62,347 bases of DNA from Nitrospinota bacterium (GTDB taxonomy: Bacteria > UBA8248), in NCBI GenBank assembly GCA_030754595.1, contig JASLZZ010000041.1, positions 1 to 62,347 of the forward strand, in the 5' to 3' direction. The translations under genes were made by a program, and so were the position numbers. This document shows positions 16,963 to 26,952 of this stretch, piece after piece. The number at the start of each line of letters is the position of its first letter. Position 1 is the stretch's first letter. Under the pieces are notes generated by a model, which searched no databases, was not told where the DNA came from, and worked only from the letters and a program-made list of their open reading frames with translations.

Positions 16963-17825
16963 CCGAGCCGCCGCCGCCCGCCCGCGAGCGGTTTCTGGGC
17001 GCAGAGAGAGCCTTCGATGAGGCGATCATCGCCCTTTTTGGGTGCCCCTACGACGGGACGGTGAGCTTTCGCCCGGGAGCCCGCCAGGGCCCGGCGGCCA
17101 TCCGCGAATTTTCTGATGTTTTGGAGACCTACAGTCCCGAACTCGGGGCCGATCTCGGGGATGTCCCCTTCTGCGACCTGGGCGATCTGGCCCTTGCAGA
17201 GGTCCGGGTGGAGCAGAATCTCGAGATCATCAGCGCAGAGGCCCGGCGGGTGTTCTCGTCCGGGAAAATCCCCTTCGCTCTGGGGGGCGAGCACCTGGTC
17301 AGCCTTCCGCTGATTCTCGCGGCCCTGGAAAGCCATCCCGATCTGGTGGTTTTTCAGTGGGATGCCCACGCCGACCTGCGGGGCGACTACGAGGGGGCGG
17401 TTTTTTCCCACGCGACTGTGATGCGGCGGGTGGCCGAGGCCGTGGGAAACGGGGGGCTTGTTCAGTTCGGTATCCGCTCGGGCACACGCGAGGAGTGGGG
17501 CTGGATGAAGGACAACCGGACGGTGAAACCGCTGGACCCCGATCATGTCATGGCGGCGGTGGCCGAAAAGCAGGGAAGGCCTGTTTATCTATCGGTTGAC
17601 CTGGACGTTCTCGATCCATCAGTTTGTCCGGGGACGGGGACGCCCGAACCGGGAGGCTCCTCTTTCGCCAACCTGGCCGCATGCATCTACGCGCTCCGGC
17701 GCGCCGGGGTGCCCATCATCGCTCTCGACGTCGTTGAACTCGCGCCCGGTATCGACCCCACCGGAATGAGCGCCGCGGCCGCGGCGAAAGTTGTCCGGGA
17801 ACTCCTCATCAGCCTGCGCGTTTAG
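16959..17825 (+). CDS. speB: Agmatinase / ureohydrolase
   Basis: GGEHL, DAHADLR, SHAT, DLDVLDP, GTGTPEPGG. Confidence 0.93.
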   Translation: MTEPPPPARERFLGAERAFDEAIIALFGCPYDGTVSFRPGARQGPAAIREFSDVLETYSPELGADLGDVPFCDLGDLALAEVRVEQNLEIISAEARRVFSSGKIPFALGGEHLVSLPLILAALESHPDLVVFQWDAHADLRGDYEGAVFSHATVMRRVAEAVGNGGLVQFGIRSGTREEWGWMKDNRTVKPLDPDHVMAAVAEKQGRPVYLSVDLDVLDPSVCPGTGTPEPGGSSFANLAACIYALRRAGVPIIALDVVELAPGIDPTGMSAAAAAKVVRELLISLRV

Positions 17826-18059
17826 GGGCCTGAGCGGCCCGGACCAGGGGAGCCCCTGCCATTTGGCGCCCCGCCGGGTGTTTGCGATCCCCTTCTTTTC
17901 CTCGTATATTTACCGGGCGTTGGGGTATATCAAAAAATTTCGTACACTATATACATTCCTCCCTTCTTCGAGTTTTATGCGCGGAGGTTTGGTGTCACTG
18001 CTTTTCTTTCAATGATTTGGGGAACTTCTCTTTTTTGATGAGTTGATGCTGGAGGCGTT

Positions 18060-19226
18060 ATGGCGGAAGAAAAACCCCGGCAGTTTGTCGGCAAGACAGA
18101 GTTCAAAAAGGGGCTCGAAGGGGCCATTACGAATGAAAGTTCCATCAGCTATGTCGATGGCGCCAACGGGAAGCTCATATATCGGGGTTTTAGCATCGAT
18201 GACCTGTGCGCGGGTGGCGGGGGGTTTGAGGAAACGGCTTATCTTTTGATTGACGGTGAGCTCCCCACAAAGGCGCAGCTCGGCGCTTTCAGCAAGGATT
18301 TGGCCGGCCGCAGGGCCATCCCCCAGGAAGTCAAGGATTTGATCACTCTGGTCGGTTCCAGGACTCATCCGATGAACACCCTCCGCACCGCCGTTTCCGT
18401 GTTGGGATGCCTGAACACCAAGGAATTCGAAGTCAACGTCGAAAACGACCTGGACATCGCGATGTCCTTGACGGCGCAGTTTCCCACCGTCGTCGCCGCC
18501 ATCCAGCGCGTCCGCAACGGCCAGTCCATCCTCGATCCGGACCCGTCTCTCGGTCACTCGGAGGATTTCATGCGGATGATGACGGGTGAAGCCGCCGACC
18601 CCCGGACCGCCGAGGTCATGGATATGGCTCTCATCATCCACGCCGAGCACGGGATGAACGCCTCCACCTTCAGCGCCATGGTGACCAACAGCTCCCTTAC
18701 GGACATGTACTCCTCGATATGCGCTGGAATCGGCTCCCTTAAGGGCCCGCTTCACGGCGGCGCCAACGAGGCCACGCTGAACACCTTCTTGGAGATTGAG
18801 GACCCGGCCAAGACCGATGAGTGGTTCGCCGCCGCCAAGGAGAAAAAGCAAAAGGTCATGGGTTTCGGTCACCGCGTTTACAAGGCCTACGACCCTCGGG
18901 CGGTGATCTTCGACCCCATCGCCAAGGAATTCGCGGAACGCGCCGGCTCGGGTCATCTCCACGAAATCGCCAAGAAACTCGAGGCGCTGGTCGTCGCCGA
19001 TCTCGGGGGCAAGGGAATTTTCCCGAACGTGGATTTCTTCTCGGGCGTGATTTACAACGCGATGGGAATCGACACCGACATGTTCACCCCGATTTTCGCC
19101 GTCGCGCGGATCGCCGGCTGGTCGGCCCGGATCCTCGAATACCTCCCCGAAAACCGCCTCTTCCGCCCCCGGGCGGTCTATGTGGGCGATCTCGAGTCGA
19201 ACTACACGCCGATCGATCAGCGATAG
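18060..19226 (+). CDS. gltA: Citrate synthase
   Basis: KGLEG, HAEHGMNAST, GPLHGGAN, GFGHRVYK, PNVDF. Confidence 0.93.
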   Translation: MAEEKPRQFVGKTEFKKGLEGAITNESSISYVDGANGKLIYRGFSIDDLCAGGGGFEETAYLLIDGELPTKAQLGAFSKDLAGRRAIPQEVKDLITLVGSRTHPMNTLRTAVSVLGCLNTKEFEVNVENDLDIAMSLTAQFPTVVAAIQRVRNGQSILDPDPSLGHSEDFMRMMTGEAADPRTAEVMDMALIIHAEHGMNASTFSAMVTNSSLTDMYSSICAGIGSLKGPLHGGANEATLNTFLEIEDPAKTDEWFAAAKEKKQKVMGFGHRVYKAYDPRAVIFDPIAKEFAERAGSGHLHEIAKKLEALVVADLGGKGIFPNVDFFSGVIYNAMGIDTDMFTPIFAVARIAGWSARILEYLPENRLFRPRAVYVGDLESNYTPIDQR

Positions 19227-19283
19227 GCGCCCGCGGCGGGCCATCGGAAAGTAGCCGGCGCGGCTCATTCAACCGAAAGATTC

Positions 19284-19316
19284 AGGGGCGGGTTTCGATA
19301 CCCGCTCCTTTTTTTT
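19284..19316 (+). terminator. Rho-independent terminator after citrate synthase
   Basis: AGGGGCGGGT-loop-ACCCGCTCCT followed by a T-run. Confidence 0.8.
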
Positions 19317-19354
19317 GTTCGGCGGGCTTAAGGGAAATCTCGCTTGATGAGGTG

Positions 19355-19780
19355 ATGAAAATGCCCACCTTCGCGCATTCGTTTCAGATCGAGACCAGGG
19401 GTTTCACGGATATCCACGACATCACCAGCGAGGTCTCGGGCGCGATCCGGCAAAGCGGCCTCGGCAGCGGAATCGCCGTGATCGCGGTGCCCGGATCGAC
19501 GGCGGGGGTGACCACCATCGAGTATGAGCCCGGCGCCGTCTCGGACCTCAAGGAGGCCATCGCCCGCCTCGCCCCCGAGGAGGGTGGATACGCCCACGAC
19601 GCCCGGTGGGGGGACGGCAACGGGTTCTCGCACGTGCGCGCCGCCCTCCTGGGACCGGGTATCTCGCTGCCGTTTCGCGGGAGCGAACTCCTCACCGGCG
19701 CCTGGCAGCAGGTGGTCCTCGTCGATTTCGACAACCGCCCGCGCCAGAGACGGGTGGAGGTCCAACTCGTCGGCGAGTGA
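19355..19780 (+). CDS. yjbQ: YjbQ family (secondary thiamine-phosphate synthase) protein
   Basis: GSTAGVTTIEYE, YAHD..WGDGNGFSHVRAALLG, WQQVVLVDFD. Confidence 0.9.
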   Translation: MKMPTFAHSFQIETRGFTDIHDITSEVSGAIRQSGLGSGIAVIAVPGSTAGVTTIEYEPGAVSDLKEAIARLAPEEGGYAHDARWGDGNGFSHVRAALLGPGISLPFRGSELLTGAWQQVVLVDFDNRPRQRRVEVQLVGE

Positions 19781-19786
19781 ATTGCC

Positions 19787-20275
19787 TCAGGCGCTTTCCT
19801 TGACGGTCTTCTCTATCAGCTCCAATGCGGCGCCCGCGAAGACCCACATGTTCGCCTCGCGGTCGGCGCTGCCCGTCTCGAGGGTGATCGCCTCGTCCGC
19901 AGGGCCCGAAACGGCGATGCAGGAGTGTCCCGGGTCGTCTCCGTAGCGGTTCCCCTTCGGGCCGGTCGCGCCGGTTTCGCCGACGCCCCAGGTGGCGCCC
20001 AAGTGCTCCCTGGCGGCGCGGGCGATGCGCAGGGCGTATTCCTCGGTGCTCGGCCGCATTCCCTCGAAGGTGTCCTGCGGCAGGGCGAGCATCTTGTTCC
20101 GCGACTCGTAGGTGTAGAGCACCCCGCCGCCCAGAAAGTAGGACGACGCGCCGGGGACGGACAGCAGCGCCGCCGAAATCAGTCCGCCCGCCGAGGTCTC
20201 GGCGATGGCGATGGTCTGTTCCTTCTCTTTCAGGAGCGCCCCGAGGGCCGCCCCCATTTCTCCCAGATTCGGCAT
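19787..20275 (-). CDS. CinA/PncC family protein
   Basis: IAIAETSAGGLISAALLSVPGASSYF.GG, ETGATGP. Confidence 0.88.
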   Translation of the reverse strand: MPNLGEMGAALGALLKEKEQTIAIAETSAGGLISAALLSVPGASSYFLGGGVLYTYESRNKMLALPQDTFEGMRPSTEEYALRIARAAREHLGATWGVGETGATGPKGNRYGDDPGHSCIAVSGPADEAITLETGSADREANMWVFAGAALELIEKTVKESA

Positions 20276-20486
20276 GACATCCTCCCGCGGCAAAAGGGTT
20301 TATGAGATTGGGTTGAAGCCTCATTGTAAGGGATTTTCCGGATATTTGAAGGGCCGGGCACCGAGTCACGGGCGCGGATTCCGCCGCCCGCGAGACGGGC
20401 GGCCCGGTTCGCGGTTATGATGGCGAAATCGCCATGAATGAATACGCCCGCCGGGGCGGGCAAATTTCTCAGAGGGGAGATCGCCG

Positions 20487-20918
20487 ATGCCGATTCACAA
20501 GATTTTCGAGTTGGACAAGCATAAAGAGGACGTTTCGCCCGAGGCCGAGATACAGCGGGTGAAGGGAGATTTAATGAAGGCGGGGATAGTCGTCTACAAA
20601 AAAGACAAGGGCGCACCGCCTCACTGCCATCCCAACGACGAGCAGTTCAACCTCATCCTCGAGGGGCGGCGGGCCATGATCCTCGACGACGTGGTGGTGG
20701 TGGCGGGGCCCGGCGATCTGATTCACATCCCGCGGGGCTCGGTCCACGGCGGCGGGGCCTCGCTGGACGAGCAGAGCGTTTTCTTCGCGGTGAAAAGTCC
20801 GGCGGGAAGCGGCGTCATGGGCGAGGACTATCAAGCGGTGGACAACGCCGAGGAATTGGTGCGGAAGGTGGAGGAGAAGGTGGCCGAGATCCGGGCGGCG
20901 GACGCGAACGGGGGCTAG
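20487..20918 (+). CDS. Cupin domain protein
   Basis: PHCHPNDEQ...IPRGSVH. Confidence 0.85.
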   Translation: MPIHKIFELDKHKEDVSPEAEIQRVKGDLMKAGIVVYKKDKGAPPHCHPNDEQFNLILEGRRAMILDDVVVVAGPGDLIHIPRGSVHGGGASLDEQSVFFAVKSPAGSGVMGEDYQAVDNAEELVRKVEEKVAEIRAADANGG

Positions 20919-20965
20919 CGGCGAAAACGGCCCAATGTTCGGCGTGGCGCGAATTTTCGGGAGCT

Positions 20966-21382
20966 TCAATCCCCTTCGGCGTATTCCTCAAAAGTATAGA
21001 AAAGTCCGTCGAGGACGCGGGCGGCCTGCTCATCCACCCCCGCGCGGTCGAGGGGAAGATCCACCGCGTAGCGGAAGACGCCGTCGTGGTAGTGCTCGAC
21101 CTTGTGTTCTTCTTCCTCGCCGGCCTCCTCCATTCCGTCGTAGATGAAATCGTCGATCGGGTCCTTGCTGTCGAGGATGGCGTGTTCGATGTCTTCGTTG
21201 ACGGTCCGGTCCGAGGTGGCGAAGCTGACGCGGATATTTTTTTCCGCCTCTTTTTTTTCCATCTCGAACCAGCTCTCATCGGTGAACCGGAGCCGGATGA
21301 TTTTCCCCGCCGGATCGGGCTCCATCGTGAACCGGTCGTCCGCCGAATACCGCTTGATCATTCCCGTGATGATGTCAGCCAC
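20966..21382 (-). CDS. Acidic hypothetical protein
   Basis: GTG start with GGAGG RBS; coherent 138-aa ORF; no family recognised. Confidence 0.75.
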   Translation of the reverse strand: MADIITGMIKRYSADDRFTMEPDPAGKIIRLRFTDESWFEMEKKEAEKNIRVSFATSDRTVNEDIEHAILDSKDPIDDFIYDGMEEAGEEEEHKVEHYHDGVFRYAVDLPLDRAGVDEQAARVLDGLFYTFEEYAEGD

Positions 21383-21561
21383 GCTGCCGCCTCCGTTGCG
21401 CGATAATATTCTTGGTGTGGTTGTCGTTCGGCCCGCGCCGAATCAAATTGGCCGAACCTGAAGCGGCGGCAATATAGCTTGGGGAGGGCCGGGTTTCCAG
21501 AGGGGAGATGGTTTCGAAACGGGAGCGGCGCATCCGTTTTTCTTTTGTTTTCCGGGGGTTT

Positions 21562-21954
21562 CTACTCAGCCGGCGGATCGATATACACCTTTTGCGCTTC
21601 ATCCAGGTTGTCCACGCCGATATAGCAGAAGATGACGAAATCGGGCTCCTCTCCGATGTTTTCGAATGCATGAATTTCCCCCTTGTAGACGTAGGCGAAA
21701 TCCTCCCCCGAAAAATCTATCTCCTCGAGCAAATGATCGGGCCCGACGAGCAGGCGGCCCCGGCCCCTGACCTTGTACATCGCCATGTCGGCGTTGACGT
21801 TGAAATGGCGCCGGGTCCTGCCCCCCGGGGGGATCTCGAAATAACCCATCACCATGCCGGGGTTCTCCACGGCCGCGCTGCTAATCCCAATCTGGGTCAC
21901 CGCCGGCGATGCGCTCGCCCGGTCTTCGTTGTATTCGCGGACAATCGTTGACAT
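21562..21954 (-). CDS. Cupin domain protein (degenerate metal site)
   Basis: IPPGGRTRRHFN...VYKGEIHAFEN. Confidence 0.82.
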   Translation of the reverse strand: MSTIVREYNEDRASASPAVTQIGISSAAVENPGMVMGYFEIPPGGRTRRHFNVNADMAMYKVRGRGRLLVGPDHLLEEIDFSGEDFAYVYKGEIHAFENIGEEPDFVIFCYIGVDNLDEAQKVYIDPPAE

Positions 21955-21972
21955 TTCCTATCTCCAATACGT

Positions 21973-22401
21973 CTAAGAGGTTTGCGTTCTCTCTGTTTCG
22001 GGACCTTTACTTTTCGGGGGCTCGACGAAAACGGTCCCAGCCTCCTTGAGAGAGCCCACCCCGGCGTAGCAAAAGACCAGCTCGGTGGACTCGCCGCACC
22101 CAACGGCGCTGTGCAGCTCGCCCCTGGGAATGAAATTGAAATCCCCCGGAATGAAATCCTGCTCGGCGGTATCGTATCCGGGTCCGATCAGAAGGCGGAC
22201 CGGCCCCTTGATCCGGTACTGGCCGGTGTTGCAGTTGTTGTGGTAGTGGCGCTGGTTTTTTACGTCGGGGGACGAGCGCGTCAGGCCCATGACCGCCTTG
22301 GCTCCCTCGACCGTCTCGTTGTTGATGCCGAAGAAAATCCAGCACGGCGGCTCGTAGGTGGTGTTCGCCGTGATGTCCTTGAGGTGAATGACCTTGGCCA
22401 T
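21973..22401 (-). CDS. Cupin domain protein, tandem paralog A
   Basis: YEPP, NQRHYHNNC, FIPRGELHSA. Confidence 0.85.
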   Translation of the reverse strand: MAKVIHLKDITANTTYEPPCWIFFGINNETVEGAKAVMGLTRSSPDVKNQRHYHNNCNTGQYRIKGPVRLLIGPGYDTAEQDFIPGDFNFIPRGELHSAVGCGESTELVFCYAGVGSLKEAGTVFVEPPKSKGPETERTQTS

Positions 22402-22426
22402 GCTGCGCCTTTCCTGGCCGGCGGGC

Positions 22427-22822
22427 TTATTGGTGGGGCGGTTCGAGAAAAACGGTCCCGGTTTCCTTGAGCGAGCCGACTCCGGCGTAGATGAAGATCA
22501 ACTCGTTCGATTCTCCGGTCCCCTTGGCGCTGTGCAGCTCGCCCTTGGGAATGAAATGGAAGTCCCCGGGGAGAAAGTCCTTTTCCTCGGTTTCGTGAAA
22601 CGCTCCGCACATCAACTTGTCGCTTCCCGCGATCTTGAATTGTCCGACATTGCAGTTGTTGTGGTAGTGGCGCTGGTTCCGCATGTCGGGTCCCGAGCGC
22701 GTCAGACCCATGACGATTTTGGCGTCCTCGACCGTCTCGCTGTTGATGCCGAAGAAAATTCCGCACGGCGGCTCGTAGGTGGTGTTCGCCATGATATTTT
22801 TCAGGTGAATAACTTTCGCCAC
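22427..22822 (-). CDS. Cupin domain protein, tandem paralog B
   Basis: GTG start VAKVIHLKNI aligns with paralog A; NQRHYHNNC, FIPKGELHSA. Confidence 0.85.
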   Translation of the reverse strand: MAKVIHLKNIMANTTYEPPCGIFFGINSETVEDAKIVMGLTRSGPDMRNQRHYHNNCNVGQFKIAGSDKLMCGAFHETEEKDFLPGDFHFIPKGELHSAKGTGESNELIFIYAGVGSLKETGTVFLEPPHQ

Positions 22823-22994
22823 TTCGCTCCCCTCCCTGGCTATGTCCGTGAACCATATTTGTGAATGCGCGTAATTTAGCATAATAAAGAGATACACCCT
22901 ACCGAGTTGATAGCGGCGGCCCTTTCATGCCGCCCACCGCCGGGCCTGGGATGCCCCATGATGCCTTTGGTCTGAAAAAGAGGAGGAACCGCCG

Positions 22995-23447
22995 ATGGCC
23001 GAACGCCCCAAGGAGATGGACGAGTTTTTGATCGCTCCCCGGATGGCCCGGATCGCCACGATGAGCGCCAATAACACCTCGCACGTTGTGCCGGTCGTCT
23101 ACATTTTCGATCCCGAGGACGGGACCTTCCACCTCAGCACCGGGGCGGAGTCGGTTACGGTCCGCAACCTGAAGCGGAATCCCTCGATGACCATTTGCGT
23201 GGACGACGACGAGTTTCCGTTCCGGGCGGTGATGGTCGAGGGCGAGCCGCATGTCACGGAGCCCCTGGGGACCGATCACGAAGGCCTCAAAAGACTGATT
23301 GACCATTTCTACCGGCCCGGTATGTGGGAGGAGTGGGTAAATATGCCTTCGGCGCAAAAAATTCGGGTGCGCGTGACCCTGACGCCGAGGCGGTGGAAGT
23401 GGTGGGATCAGCGGCGCAAGATAAACGGGTCCGTCAGGATTGGCTAA
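22995..23447 (+). CDS. Pyridoxamine 5'-phosphate oxidase-like (PPOX split-barrel) protein
   Basis: ARIAT....HVVPV, RNLKRNP, AVMVEG, WKWWD. Confidence 0.85.
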   Translation: MAERPKEMDEFLIAPRMARIATMSANNTSHVVPVVYIFDPEDGTFHLSTGAESVTVRNLKRNPSMTICVDDDEFPFRAVMVEGEPHVTEPLGTDHEGLKRLIDHFYRPGMWEEWVNMPSAQKIRVRVTLTPRRWKWWDQRRKINGSVRIG

Positions 23448-23495
23448 GAGCGCCTCCGCGCCCAAGCTTCCTCGCCCAAACTGGAGATAAGGTAA

Positions 23496-24497
23496 ATGTC
23501 GGCGAACCGAATGATGGCGCTCCTGATTGAGGAGCACGGCGGCCCCGAGGTGATGCGGATCGCGGAGGTTCCCGTCCCGGAGCCGGGGCTCGGCGAGGTC
23601 CTGGTGAGGATGGAGGCCTGCGGGCTGAATTTCTCGGACATCATGGCCCGGGAGGGGCGCTATCTCCGGGAAACGCAGCTTCCCCATATTCTGGGCCATG
23701 AATTTTGCGGCATTGTCGATAAACTCGGCCCGGACTGTGGAGGGTGGAGCGAGGGCGAACGGGTGATTGGCACCTCTCAGGCGGGCGGCTCGCTGGCCGA
23801 CTTCATCGCCGCCCCGGCGGCCAAACTCTCCGCCTGCCCCGAGGGGCTTTCTCCCCCGGAGGGCGCGGCCCTTCTCGTTCAGGGCCTCACGGCGGTTCAC
23901 CTGATCGATAAGGCGGCCAGGGTTCAGCCCGGCGAGACGGTTCTCGTGCACGCCGCTGCGGGCGGGGTGGGCTCCCTCGCCGTTCAGGTCGCCCGCGTCA
24001 GAGGCGCCCGGGTGATCGGGACATCATCGAGCGATCGGAAGCGCCGCTTTATCGAGGAGCTGGGCGGCACAGCCATCGACTACACGCGGGGGGACTGGGT
24101 GGAAGAGGTCCTCTCCCTCACCGAGGGAAGGGGAGCGGAGGTGATCCTCGAGTCCGTCGGAGGGGATGTCCTCGGTCGCTCCTACAGGGAGGTGCTCGCG
24201 GACTTCGGCCGGCTGGTGGTCTACGGGGTCGCCAGCGGCGATGTGGTGAATTTCAACAACTACGACATACTCGCCTCGAATAAATCCCTCATCGGATATT
24301 GGCTCGGACCCCACCTGGCGGGTTACCCGGATCTCGTCCGGGCGGCGCAGGAAAACCTCGTGGCGATGGTCGGCAGTGGAGATATCCGTCTCATCGTGGG
24401 CGAGACTTTCCCCCTGGAGCGGGCCGCCGAGGCCTTCGCGCACCTTCAGGGACGAAAGAGCGTCGGCAAGGTGGTCGTCACCTCCCGGGAGGGATGA
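23496..24497 (+). CDS. NADPH:quinone oxidoreductase-like MDR enzyme
   Basis: GGPEVM, GLNFSD, LVHAAAGGVG, SVGKVVV. Confidence 0.9.
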   Translation: MSANRMMALLIEEHGGPEVMRIAEVPVPEPGLGEVLVRMEACGLNFSDIMAREGRYLRETQLPHILGHEFCGIVDKLGPDCGGWSEGERVIGTSQAGGSLADFIAAPAAKLSACPEGLSPPEGAALLVQGLTAVHLIDKAARVQPGETVLVHAAAGGVGSLAVQVARVRGARVIGTSSSDRKRRFIEELGGTAIDYTRGDWVEEVLSLTEGRGAEVILESVGGDVLGRSYREVLADFGRLVVYGVASGDVVNFNNYDILASNKSLIGYWLGPHLAGYPDLVRAAQENLVAMVGSGDIRLIVGETFPLERAAEAFAHLQGRKSVGKVVVTSREG

Positions 24498-24557
24498 GAG
24501 GCCCTGGGCTCGAACGAAAGACCCGGTGCTCAGATTGAGAGGCCCGGCCTATTTGGT

Positions 24558-25289
24558 CTACGCGGGTGTTCCCTGGATGCCCCAGGACGTGTCCTTGGCC
24601 GTGATGAATTTGTAGTCATCATCGCCGACGGTCACCGCCGAGTGAACCGCGTTCGCCGGTACGTGGATGATGTCTCCTGCCTTAACCCTCTGCGACTCGC
24701 CTTCGATTGTCATGTCGACGGACCCGTTGCGCACGAAGATCATCTGCTCGTTCGGATGGCTGTGCGGGTCGGCCTTGGTGCCGGCCGGTATGGTGATGTC
24801 CCCGAAGATGAGTCTTTCGCCGGTGACCCAGGCTCCGTTCGCGGTGCTGTAGCCCTCGCCCGCCAGCTTGTTCTCCATCTTCGCGGTGTCGTAGTAGAAG
24901 GGGATTTGGTCATCTTTTCGTTGAATACCGCTCGTCGCCGAGCCGGCGGGCGTCCCCTGAATGCCCCAGGCGGTGTCCTTGGCGGTGACGAAAATATAAT
25001 CCTCGTCGCTGATCACCTCGGCGGAGTGAATGGCGTTGGCGGGCCGGTAGGAAATATTGCCCTTCGAGAGGACTTGGGTTTCTCCCTCGATGGTCACCCG
25101 CATTTGACCGCCCAGGACGATGCTGAACTGCTCGTTCGGGTGGCTGTGGGGGTCGGATTTGGTTCCTCCCGGAATCATGATGAGTCCGAAAATGATTTTC
25201 TCTCCGGTGACCCACGATCCGCTCGCTGGGCTGTAGCCCTCCCCAGCCAGATTTTTTTCCATTTCACCGGTGCTGTAGAAATACTGCAT
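24558..25289 (-). CDS. Bicupin (two tandem cupin domains)
   Basis: Two similar halves LAGEGYS..WVTGE..PHSHPNEQ..PANA.HSA..AKDT.WGIQGTP. Confidence 0.88.
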   Translation of the reverse strand: MQYFYSTGEMEKNLAGEGYSPASGSWVTGEKIIFGLIMIPGGTKSDPHSHPNEQFSIVLGGQMRVTIEGETQVLSKGNISYRPANAIHSAEVISDEDYIFVTAKDTAWGIQGTPAGSATSGIQRKDDQIPFYYDTAKMENKLAGEGYSTANGAWVTGERLIFGDITIPAGTKADPHSHPNEQMIFVRNGSVDMTIEGESQRVKAGDIIHVPANAVHSAVTVGDDDYKFITAKDTSWGIQGTPA

Positions 25290-25372
25290 TGGTGTATCTC
25301 CCTTCGAATGGTTTTAAAGTCCATAAATAAAAATAGCTTTTCCTCGTGCCGGAGATTAGCCGAAAAAACCGG

Positions 25373-25858
25373 TTAGCGGGAGGTTTTCTTTTTCGTTGTT
25401 TTATTGGCCTTTTTATTAACCGTTTTGCGGGCGGTCTTTTTTTTCGTTTTTTTCTTCACCGTTTTTTTGGCCGCGCTCTTGGTTTTAGCTTTGCTCCCTC
25501 CCGCCTTGATGCCATGAATCCCCCAGGAGGCGTCCTTGCAGGTGATGAAAACATGGTCCTCGTCGCCGATGACCGTGGCGCTGTGAACCGCGCCCGCCGG
25601 CGTGTGGGTGATGTCGCCGGGGCCGGCGATTTTCGATTTGCCGGAGATGACCATCCGCACGCGGCCCTGAACGACGTAGCTGAACTGCTCGTTCGGGTGG
25701 CTGTGGGGCTCGGCCTTCGTCCCCGCCGGGATGGTGATTTTCCCAAAAATTAATCGCTCGCCCTCGATGAACGGCCCGTGCGCGGTGGAGTAATCGCCCC
25801 CGGCATGGCGGGCCTTCATGGTCCGGGTGTTATGAACGAATTTCGTGAATTTGGCCAT
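25373..25858 (-). CDS. Cupin with Lys-rich histone H1-like C-terminal tail
   Basis: PHSHPNEQ..PAGAVHSA..DASWGIHG then AKTKSAAKKTVKKKTKKK... Confidence 0.85.
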   Translation of the reverse strand: MAKFTKFVHNTRTMKARHAGGDYSTAHGPFIEGERLIFGKITIPAGTKAEPHSHPNEQFSYVVQGRVRMVISGKSKIAGPGDITHTPAGAVHSATVIGDEDHVFITCKDASWGIHGIKAGGSKAKTKSAAKKTVKKKTKKKTARKTVNKKANKTTKKKTSR

Positions 25859-25892
25859 TACGGGTCTCCAGGGAGCCGCCGGGCGGCGGAAG

Positions 25893-25926
25893 AAAAAAGG
25901 GGCCTCCCCGTTGCGGGAAGGCCCCT
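25893..25926 (-). terminator. Rho-independent terminator after tctC
   Basis: Minus strand AGGGGCCTTCCCG-CAA-CGGGGAGGCCCC-T6. Confidence 0.75.
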
Positions 25927-25940
25927 CGATTCCGGAATTC

Positions 25941-26924
25941 CTACTTGGCGGTCATCGCCTTGATGAGCGCGGTGAACTCCTTGTAGCGCTGGGCGCGGTT
26001 CTTGTCGTAATCCGCCCCGCCGACGAACACAACACCCTCGCCGATGCTCCGCATGAAGCGTTTGAAGGACTTGTTTTTCGTCAGCTTGACGAACGCGTCT
26101 CGCAGGCTTTGGAGACGCCCCGCGGGCGTCTTCGAGGGCGCCATGAAGATGCGGTCCATCTGGAAGCTGACCGAGTTAAAGCCGAGTTCTCCGGCCGAGG
26201 GCACTCCCTTGAAAACGGGGTCTTTCGAGAGGCGCTTGGGGCCCGTGACGAGCAAGGCCCGGAGCTTTCCGGACTTGGCGTGAGGCCGGGCCTGGGTCGG
26301 GAACGCCATGCCGATGTCGTCCTGGCCCGAGAGGAGGGCGCGCAGCGCGGGACCGCCGCCCTTGTGGGGGATGAATTTCACCTTGATTCCGGCGGCTTTC
26401 ACCAACTGCATCGAAGGCGTGTGGCCGGCGCCCCAGACGCCGCTGTGGCCCCACTTGAGTTTTCCGGGGTTCTTTTTCGCGTAGGCGATAACGTCCTTCA
26501 TGGATTTCCAGGGTTTGTTGGTCAGGGAGATGAACATCGGCTGACCGTGATTGATCTTGGCGATGGTCTTGAAGTCCCGCATGGTGTTGAAGGGGACTTT
26601 CCGCGTCTGCGGGACAAGCTGATCGAAGCCGTTGTGGGTGAAGAGGATGGTGTAGCCGTCGGCCTTGGCCTTGGCGACGAATCCCGTCCCCTTCATTCCG
26701 GCGCCGCCGGGCACCAGTTTGACGATCATCGGCTGCCCGAGGATGTCGGCGATGATGCTCGTGATTCCCCGCGCGTGGAGGTCGTGGCTACCGCCTGCGC
26801 CCACGGGCAGGACAAGCGTAATCGGCCGAGTCGGGTATTTAGCCGCGGACGCTGCCATCGGCGACGCCAGAAAGCCGGCGATCGCGATCATGACGATGAA
26901 GAACATTGAAATCGAGCGTTTCAT
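25941..26924 (-). CDS. tctC: Tripartite tricarboxylate transporter substrate-binding protein (Bug/TctC)
   Basis: Signal peptide; YPTRPITLVLPVGAGGSHD, GAGMKG, ADGYTI, HKGGGPAL. Confidence 0.92.
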   Translation of the reverse strand: MKRSISMFFIVMIAIAGFLASPMAASAAKYPTRPITLVLPVGAGGSHDLHARGITSIIADILGQPMIVKLVPGGAGMKGTGFVAKAKADGYTILFTHNGFDQLVPQTRKVPFNTMRDFKTIAKINHGQPMFISLTNKPWKSMKDVIAYAKKNPGKLKWGHSGVWGAGHTPSMQLVKAAGIKVKFIPHKGGGPALRALLSGQDDIGMAFPTQARPHAKSGKLRALLVTGPKRLSKDPVFKGVPSAGELGFNSVSFQMDRIFMAPSKTPAGRLQSLRDAFVKLTKNKSFKRFMRSIGEGVVFVGGADYDKNRAQRYKEFTALIKAMTAK

Positions 26925-26952
26925 TTGGTTCTCCTTTCTGAAAACAGGTGCG

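Noticed and set aside
20487..25858. Calling the cupins DMSP lyases and the MDR enzyme AcuI
   Set aside because: Only generic cupin/MDR motifs are visible; a specific assignment cannot be supported without searches
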